Position numbers and translations under genes: made by a program. A stretch of DNA of 63,630 bases, filler included, from Rhizaria sp. SCN 62-66 (lineage: Eukaryota), in the NCBI GenBank assembly GCA_001724265.1. It is 3 parts of 3 records of this genome, joined end to end, with 100 filler letters (N's around TTAATTAATTAA, not from the genome) between each part and the next. Parts side by side here need not be neighbours in the genome. Positions count along the whole stretch, not along the records: positions 42,817 to 63,630 come from MEDY01000453.1; 2 more parts are not named here. One strand, given 5' to 3'. Of the stretch, positions 56,125-63,630 are shown piece by piece. Under the pieces are notes generated by a model. It saw only the letters and a list, made by a program, of their open reading frames with translations, ran no database searches and had not been told where the DNA came from. How positions within the stretch are numbered: position 1 is the stretch's first letter; the number at the start of each line of letters is the position of its first letter.

Positions 56125-59100
56125 ATGAGCAAAGGAAAGAAAGGAGGCCCCATTTCGCTCTCCATGTCGCTGGGCGAGGAGCAGGTCTTCGACCCCGATG
56201 CGGGCCGCTTCATCGCTGCGCAGCCTGTTGCCAAGAAGCCTGCTGCTGCTGAGGGGCCCAAGTTTGGCCCCGCGCAGACCACGGGCGCCGCGGCCCCCGT
56301 GGTGATGCCCGCAGCAGAGTCCTCCCGCTCGCCGCCAGCGACCGCGACGACAGGCAAGCAGCCAGGCGCAGCAGCAGCAGCAGCTGCCAAGCCTGCTGCT
56401 GCTGCGCCGAAGCTTACCCCGGCCGAGGCTGCAGCCGCCGCGGCCCGCGCCGCGCCCGCGCCCGCTACTTCTAGGCCCCTCCGCGGCAATCACAACAACA
56501 AGCTCCACGGCCACGGCGCCAGCGACAACGACGAGGACAACGACGACGACAACGACGAGGGCGCGAGCGCGGGCGTCTCCACCGCCGCTGCCGCCGCCGC
56601 CGCCTTCCCCGCCGCGCCCGAACTCCTCGTGGCGGCGCCCTAGACCGCGCCGGAGCCCGACTTCGAGCCTGGGCCGGATCCCGACGCGCACATCGTGTTC
56701 GAGGTCGACGAGATGACTGCCAAGGCGCTTGCGCTCGAGCGCCGCTACGCGCGCAAGGCCGGCGCGCGCGGGGGCGCCAAGACTGCCGCCGCATTACCCG
56801 CGTCCGCCGCGTTAGTCTCGGAGGACGGCGGCACCGAGATCGTTGTCGTGCGCAGCAGCACCCGTTCGCGCTCGCGACCCCGCGGCACCGGCGTCCGGCC
56901 CGACAGTGACGACGACGACGACGACGACGGCGGCGGGCGCGGGCGCGGGCGCGCCGGGAAGGCCGGCAAGGACGATAAAGACGACGACGATGAGATGATG
57001 CGCAAGTTCACCGTCGTGTCAAACATCGAGGGCCGCTCTGGCGCCACGCTCGTCGTCGGCAGCGCCAGTAACAACAATGGCGGCAAAAGCACTGACAGCT
57101 CGAGCAGTGCGAGTGCTGCGCCTGCTGCGCCCTCGACTGCGACGGCTGCGCCCAAGAGCAAAGCCGAGGCAAAGGCTGAGGCCAAGGCTGCCGCGAAGGC
57201 CGAGGCCGAGGCCGCTGCCGCCGCCAAGGCTGAGGCCAAGGCCAAGGCCAAGACCGACGCCGAGGTCGATGCCCGCGCCAAGGCCGCGGCGGCGCGGGTG
57301 GCGGCGGACCGGCGCGAGTCAGAGGCCCGCATTGCGGCCGCCGCCAAGGCCGCCGCTGCGAAGCACCAGCAGCATCAGCTCGAGCTCCAGGGTAAGGGCA
57401 AAGGCAGCGCCAGCAGCACCAGCAGCACTGGCAAGGGCGGCAGCGGCAAGGTGAAGCACAGCTCTGCGCTGGGCTCCGGCTCCGACTCGGACTCCGAGGC
57501 TGGCGCTGGCCACCGGCGCGGCAACGCTGGCACTGGCCGGGGCAACGTCGCCGTCGCCGTCGCTGTCGCCGCTACTAACGACGGCGACGATGATGATGAC
57601 GATGATGACGACGACGACGGGCCTTTCTTGGACTTTGACGACGACGGAGGCCGCCGCCCCGCCTCCTCCAAGCCCGCTGCAGCCAAGGCCGGCGCGAAGC
57701 AGCCCGCCGCCTCCGCGACTGCGACCGCTGCGGCTGCAAAGCCCAAGACGAACACTACCAAGTCCACCGTCTCGGCGGCGACCGCGAGTGCGAATGGCAG
57801 CGCCAGCAGTTCCCGCGGCGACTCCCGCGGCGACGCCGCCACTGGCCCCGCCACCGCCTCCGGTTCGCGCGGCGACGGCGTGCGCTTCGGCGAGGCGCAG
57901 ACGGTCAGATTCGCGAAGGACGCGCCCCCCGCCGAGGTGGGCGCCGCCGCCGCCGCCGCCGCCGCCACCGCGTCCGCCACAGCGACGAGCTCGACCAAGA
58001 CTAGAGTGGGCGATAGCAGCCCCGCCGCGACCAAGACCCCGGCCACGACCACGTCTGCTACCGTCCCCAAGTCCGCAATCAAGCCCACGCCCGCGCCCGC
58101 GAAGCCCAAGGCGAAGAAGAAGAAGGGCTGGTTCTGCGGGCTCTGTGCGGGCGGCGCCGACGATGACGACGACAAGGCCTCCGTCTCAGCCGCCGCGGGC
58201 GCGGAGGGCGCCGCCGAGGGCGCGGCAGACGGCGTGGGCATGCAGCAGCGGCGCCCCCGCCCCGACACTATGCGCGGCACGGAGACGGAGCTGGCGCTGG
58301 AGCTGGAGGTACAGGCCGTGGCGGCGACGCGCGGGGACGCGGCCGCGCGCGCCGCTCAGTCCCGCGAGCAGGCGCGCGCCGAGGCGCTGGCGCGCGCGGC
58401 GGACCCCCGCGCGCGCGCCGCCGTTGCGCTGCACCACCCTGACGCGGCGCTGAACCGCATCGACCTGGGCGCGGACGACGACGACGACGACGGCGACGGC
58501 GGCGACGACGACAATGACCGGAAGGAGATGCGGGTAACCGTGGGCATCGAGCTGCCCGCGGCTGAGGCAGACAAGGAGAGCGCGGCGGCCGCGGCGGCGG
58601 CGGCGGCCGCGGCCGCCGAGGCCAGCGACCCCCTGACGAAGCCAAAGCCAGTTCCCGAGCCGGAGCCCGCGCCCGCCGCCGCTGCGCCCGCGCCTGCGGC
58701 CGTCGCGGCGGGCGCGGGGCTGTCTCGGCTGGCGGGCCTGCTGGAGGGCCGCGCCACCGCCGCCGAGGCTGAGGTGCGCGCCGCGCTCGAGGCCGCGCGC
58801 GCGGCCGAGGAGCGCCGCCGCCTGGCCGAGGCCGACGCCGCCGCGCGCGCTGCTGGCGCCGACGCCGCGCCCGCCTTTACGGCCGCGCTCGACGCCGCCG
58901 CGGCGGCCGAACGCGACGGGGAGCTCGAGCTCACCGATCGTGGGCAAAGTGACAGTGGGCAGGGTGACCGTGAGCACGGTGACCGTGGGCAAGGTCAGGG
59001 TGACGGTGGGGGTGAGGGGACCGAGTTCGAGCTGGCCGTCGTGTCGCGCCGCGGTGGCAAGCGTCGCAATACTGCTGGCGGCGACGACGACGACAACGAT

Positions 59101-61005
59101 GGCGAGGACGCCGAAAGCGCCGAAGCGGCCGCCGCGCGCCGCGCCGCCGCCGTCGCCGCTGCGGCGGCCGCTGCCGAGGCTGCGGAGGCCGCCGCCGCCG
59201 AGGCCGTCGCCGCGGAGGCCGCGCGCGCCGCGGCGGACGCCTGGCGCGCCGAGGTGAACGCAGCGCGACGCGAGCTGGGGCTGGCGATGCTGACCGACGC
59301 GCAGCTCGACACGGCTTTCACGGACACGTTCGAGCGCGCGGGCGGGCTGTGGAGCCTCTACGCGTCGCCCACGGCGCCCATTCCCGCCGCGAACAGCAGC
59401 GGCAGGAGCGAGAGCAAGAGCAAGAGCAAGGGCGAGGCCGAGAGCAAGAGCGAGGACGCCGAGGCCGCGGCCCCGGTGTCGCTCTTCGATCTCGTCGCCG
59501 CCACTGAACAACAGCAGCAGCAGCAGCAGGAGCAGGAGCAGGAGCAGAAGCAGAAGCAGAAGCGCGTCGGCGCGACCACCGTGGCGACTGAGGCCGCGGC
59601 AGAGCACCCTCTGTCCGAGGAGGAGGAGGCGGCGGGGCGCGCGCGGGAGCAGCGCCGCGAGATCAAGCGCGCCGCGGCCGCCGCCGAGGCCGCGGTCGCC
59701 GCCGCGGAGGCCGAGGCCGCGGCCGCCAGGACTGCCCGCAAGGCCGCGCGTAAGGCGGCGCGTCTCGAGGCTCTCGCGGCCGACTCTGCCTCTGGCGCTG
59801 CGCTTGCGCCTGCGCCTGCGCCCGCGTCGGTGGCGGGCGCGGGCGTGTTGATCCCGGAGCTGGAGGGCCTGTTCGACCCCGAGGCCTTCGTCGCGCGCGC
59901 CTTCGAGGCCGACGGCTCCGTGGACCCCCTAACGCACGCCGACGCGGGCACTGGCGCTGGTGCCGCTGCTGCTGCTGCCGCTGGCACTGGGATTAACAAC
60001 GCCGATCACGTCGACGACGAGGAGGAGCAGCGGCGCCTCTTCATGTCCGGCGCCGCCGGCGTCACCGCCGGCAGCGGCGACGGGCGCACCAGGAGCAAGA
60101 AGACCGCGGGCGGCACGGCGGTCGCGTCGCGCGCGAGTTTGTTCGGGCACGACGACGAGGCCGACCGCGATGACAGCGACGGACTCTTTGGCGCCAACTC
60201 CGACGCTCACTACAACAACACTAGTGCGCGCAGCAAGCGCGAGGCTGCCGCTGCCGCTGCAACTGCAACGGACGCTGGCGCTGGCGCTGAGGGCGGTGGC
60301 GGCGAGGGGCTGAGCTCGACGGATAAGCTGCTGGAGGAGCTGGTGCGGCTGCGTGGCGAGGGCGACCTGCCCGACGTGGGCGACACCGAGAACGAGCCTC
60401 CGCTCGAGGGCGACAAGCTAGAGGTACGTCGCAGTTTATACTCGTTCGCCTATCGTTAGCAAAGCATTGATGTGGCACAAGCTGTAATGAACATATCCGA
60501 AATCGAATTACGACATATTTTGCATATATAACATACTTCTACATCTTTATATTTCTTTGCTACATTTTTATCGCTATCTCACCAAGTTGTGTTCTATCTT
60601 GTCTTGTTTTGTCTCACACCACAGGCATTCCTGGTCGACACGGTGTGGCAATGGGACGAGGGCCTGGTCTGCTTCGCCGCCAGTGGCGTGCTGCTGACCT
60701 CCTCCGCGCCCGCCCAGTCCTCTTCGTCCGCCGCGGCGGCGCAGTGCGAGTGGCGCGTGGAGGGCGCAGTGCTGCGCGTGCTGCTGGGCGCGCACGGCGT
60801 CCACGAGCTGCGGCTGGCTTTGTCCCGCCGCGAGGCAGGCGGCGTGCGTCGGTTTGACTGGCGGCCCGTGCACCTCATGCTTGTCGGCGCAGTCAGGGGC
60901 GCGGCTGAGGCCGGGAACGGCTTCCCGCACGCCTGGCTCGCGCGCAAGAGCGCGGAGCTCGGCATGGGGGCCGGCGCCGCGGCCGACGGATGCGTCATAG
61001 TGTAA
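56125..61005 (+). CDS. Large Ala/acidic low-complexity protein (~1559 aa, 2 exons, 1 in-frame TAG) with a small beta-rich, possibly PH-like, C-terminal domain
   Basis: ATG 56125. TAG 56641-56643 joins ORFs 55987-56643 and 56695-60459 in frame. Intron 60424-60624 (GTACGT...CAG) joins in frame to exon 60625-61005. Ends TAA. Confidence 0.75.
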
Positions 61006-61485
61006 CCGGACACAGAAGAAATGTTACCTAGGATCAATAGTATCGAGGAGTATTAGTTTGGGAATAGTATGGAGAAATACACTTATTTAACTAATATTAT
61101 TTCACTTTTCATGATTTACGTTTCGTTTTGTTTTTAAACAGGTGGTTTATGTAGGCGAGAAACTTGGTATGATTACACTGTGCGGTGCGTACAGATTTAG
61201 CAATATCAACACAAACAGTGTGCCATTTTACATGGTCGTAAGTGAAAAATAACAACAAACACAAATGTAAATTCTAGACTTTTAACAACTCATCATTCTG
61301 GACTGCAGGATCATTCAAGCAAGCTGAGTCTGTAGAGGTAGTTGTCAACTTAACAAACTTTTGATGAGTAGAACAAAGTATTATAACAGAAAAGAACAGA
61401 TTTTCGTATAACCAAAACAGAGCAATGGAGAAGCAAAGATTGCCATCCAATCAGCGACCGCGATCGCGGCGCCGCCTCCGAGGCC

Positions 61486-63105
61486 TTAGTAGTACCTGGC
61501 CTTGACGGGCGTGACGTCGATGCGCACCGGCGGGCCGTCTTGCGCGACGGTGGCCGTGACCTGCGTGGCGCGCCCGCCCGCGCCCGCGCCCGCGCCCGTG
61601 GGCGTGCGCAGGTACGCGTTGGCCGCGGCTGAGGCGGCGGCGGACGCGGCCGAGAAGCGCGAGGACGCGGCCGACAGCGCCGCGCTCGAGGGCACGTACT
61701 GGTACGGACTCACGGCGCCGGCGGCCGAGCCCGCGGAGGACTGCATCACGGAGGCGGGCGCGCGCGAAGGGGTGCTCACGGCGCGCATGTGGGCCTTGGC
61801 CATGGCGGCGGCCGCCGCGCCCTCGGCCTCGGTGTTATCGATAACGACGTTGAGCTCGTTCTGCGCATTCTTGAGCTTGAAGCGGAGCTCGCGCAGCGCC
61901 TGCTCCGACTGGCGCGCCTTCTCGCGCAGCGCCTCGATCTCGGCCGCGCGCGCCGCCTGCAGCGACTCGAGCGCGGCCTCGTGATGCAGCTTCAGCTCCG
62001 TCACCTGCGCCGTGAGCGCCAGCTCCGCCTCGCCTGCCTGCCGCAGCGCGCGCTGCGCGTCGCCGAGCGCGCGCTTGAGCTCGTCGATGGTCTCGCCCGC
62101 CTCGGCCAGCTCGCCCGCGAGCGCGGCGCCGCGGCGCTGCTCGCGCACGCGGTCAGCCTGCTCATGCTCCAGCGCCTCGACCGTCTGCGCGCGCTGCTGC
62201 TGCGCGACACGCGTGGCCTCGCGCTGCTGCGAGAGGTCCTCGCGCAGCTGCTCGATCACGTCGCGGTGCTGCGACAGCTGCGCCGTCAGCTCCAGCTTCT
62301 CGCGGTGGTAGCCCTCAGCGTCGCGCTTCCACGCCGCAGCCTCGTCGCCGGACGTCGCAACCTGTTTCGACAGCGACGTCACGCGCGTGTTGAGCGCCGC
62401 GATCTGCGTCGTCTGCTGCTGCGACGCCAGCGTCAGCGCCTCCACCTTGGCGCGCGACTGAGCCAGCTCGCGCTGCGCGTCCGACAGCTCCGTGCGCTTC
62501 GCCTCAAGCGCGGCGAGCGTGTCCACCAGCGTCTTACGGTCGCTCGCGCGGTCCGCCTCGAGCGTGGTCACGCGCGACTGCAGCGCCTGCTTCTCGGCCA
62601 GCACCTGGCTGGCGGCGCGCTGGTCGGCAAGCCACTGCTCGCGCAGACGCGAGATCTCGCGCGTCAGGTCGTCCTGCAGGCGCTGCATCTCCAGCTGGTG
62701 CTTGTTGTTCTGCGACAGCAAGTCCTCGTGATGGCCGCGCTTGAGTTGGTCGAGCTGCTGCGTCAGGTACTGGCGGTCCGTCTGCGCCTGCACTTTGTCG
62801 CGCTCAGTCGCCTGCAGCCGCGCCTCGAGCGCCGCGTTCGCCTCGTCCAGCATCGACAGCCGGCTCTGGTACTTAAGCAAGCGCTGGTCCATCATCATGA
62901 CGCTCTGTTGCAGTGTTGAGATGGTGTTGACGGCCGCGCGGCGGTCAGAGTCAGTGGCCTTGTCGCGCGAGACCAGGAGGTCGTCCAAGTCGCGGATGCG
63001 CGAGCGCAGGCTCGAGTTGCGGTTCAGCAGCTCCTTGTTAATGCTCGCAAGGCTGGCCTGCTCGGACCGACTGAGGGCCAGAGCAGTGTCCAAATGCGGG
63101 TACAT
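61486..63105 (-). CDS. Long coiled-coil protein (at least 539 aa; an upstream exon is possible)
   Basis: Heptad-rich L/Q/E/R sequence over about 430 aa, then an Ala/Ser tail. Ends TAA. A pyrimidine tract and CAG just upstream of the ATG suggest a splice acceptor. Confidence 0.8.
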   Translation of the reverse strand: MYPHLDTALALSRSEQASLASINKELLNRNSSLRSRIRDLDDLLVSRDKATDSDRRAAVNTISTLQQSVMMMDQRLLKYQSRLSMLDEANAALEARLQATERDKVQAQTDRQYLTQQLDQLKRGHHEDLLSQNNKHQLEMQRLQDDLTREISRLREQWLADQRAASQVLAEKQALQSRVTTLEADRASDRKTLVDTLAALEAKRTELSDAQRELAQSRAKVEALTLASQQQTTQIAALNTRVTSLSKQVATSGDEAAAWKRDAEGYHREKLELTAQLSQHRDVIEQLREDLSQQREATRVAQQQRAQTVEALEHEQADRVREQRRGAALAGELAEAGETIDELKRALGDAQRALRQAGEAELALTAQVTELKLHHEAALESLQAARAAEIEALREKARQSEQALRELRFKLKNAQNELNVVIDNTEAEGAAAAAMAKAHMRAVSTPSRAPASVMQSSAGSAAGAVSPYQYVPSSAALSAASSRFSAASAAASAAANAYLRTPTGAGAGAGGRATQVTATVAQDGPPVRIDVTPVKARYY

Positions 63106-63630
63106 CTGTCTGCAAGACAGAGGCGAAACAACGACAAGGTGCGAAGGGCAGGTGAGTGTTAACGGTATTCAGACAAAGATTACAAACAAGTGGAGTGTAA
63201 ATAAGTGTTCTGAATGAGACATTAAAAATGAGAATGAATCATGTCGAGTTTTACAAAGACAAAGTATAAAATTTGCATCCGACGATGAGATGGTTGAGAA
63301 ATGTAGCATTTTTGACCTTGGCGTTTCACCCCAACGGATTCATCGCCACACTACATTGTTCTATTTCTTCTTCTTTGTCAACCACCGTCACCAATTAAGT
63401 CGCAGTCTTATTAATAGCTTAAAAACATTCATAAATAGGTGCGCGACAGCGATGTACACGCTCATATATTATATCTTATTAATTATATTAGTCGCAACTG
63501 TACTTGACACCGTTCAATTTCGTTCATATTTTGTTACCGCCGACATTCAGCATAAAATACCAAGTCTCACAGGCTCACACTGGGGCAAACACCACCCACA
63601 GCCGTTTCGGGGCGGGCATATAAAGGTGGC

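Noticed and set aside
60457-60459. TAG ending track ORF 56695-60459, an apparent TAG stop
   Set aside because: It lies inside the inferred intron 60424-60624; the spliced gene ends at TAA 61003-61005.
84-63217. Numerous long antisense and alternate-frame ORFs in the track (Arg/Pro/Ala-rich)
   Set aside because: Expected shadows of very GC-rich coding sequence with few off-frame stops; they show no recognisable motifs.

Overview
Gene-dense nuclear DNA of a microbial eukaryote. Exons are GC-rich and Ala-rich; intergenic DNA and short GT-AG introns are AT-richer. The window is three contigs joined by two artificial N44-TTAATTAATTAA-N44 spacers. Recognisable genes: SMC2, an ER-type DnaJ, SF3A3/Prp9, GNPDA/nagB, AP-4 mu, a bacterial-type TIR membrane protein, an ATG27/M6PR-like protein and a tandem tRNA-Phe(GAA) array. 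Two results stand out. (1) The genetic code appears non-standard. Sixteen in-frame TAG codons split five otherwise continuous reading frames, while all 15 gene ends I can see are TAA (8) or TGA (7). UAG alone seems to be a sense codon, most likely Gln, so the supplied ORF track fragments several genes. (2) Reading TAG as sense joins four short ORFs into one 963-codon minus-strand gene (41991-39100). It encodes a signal peptide and about three transmembrane helices fused to an intein-derived Hint/LAGLIDADG module. That module has lost its protein-splicing residues but kept the endonuclease motifs, making it a candidate membrane-tethered, domesticated homing endonuclease. All family assignments come from motifs recognised by eye; no searches were run.
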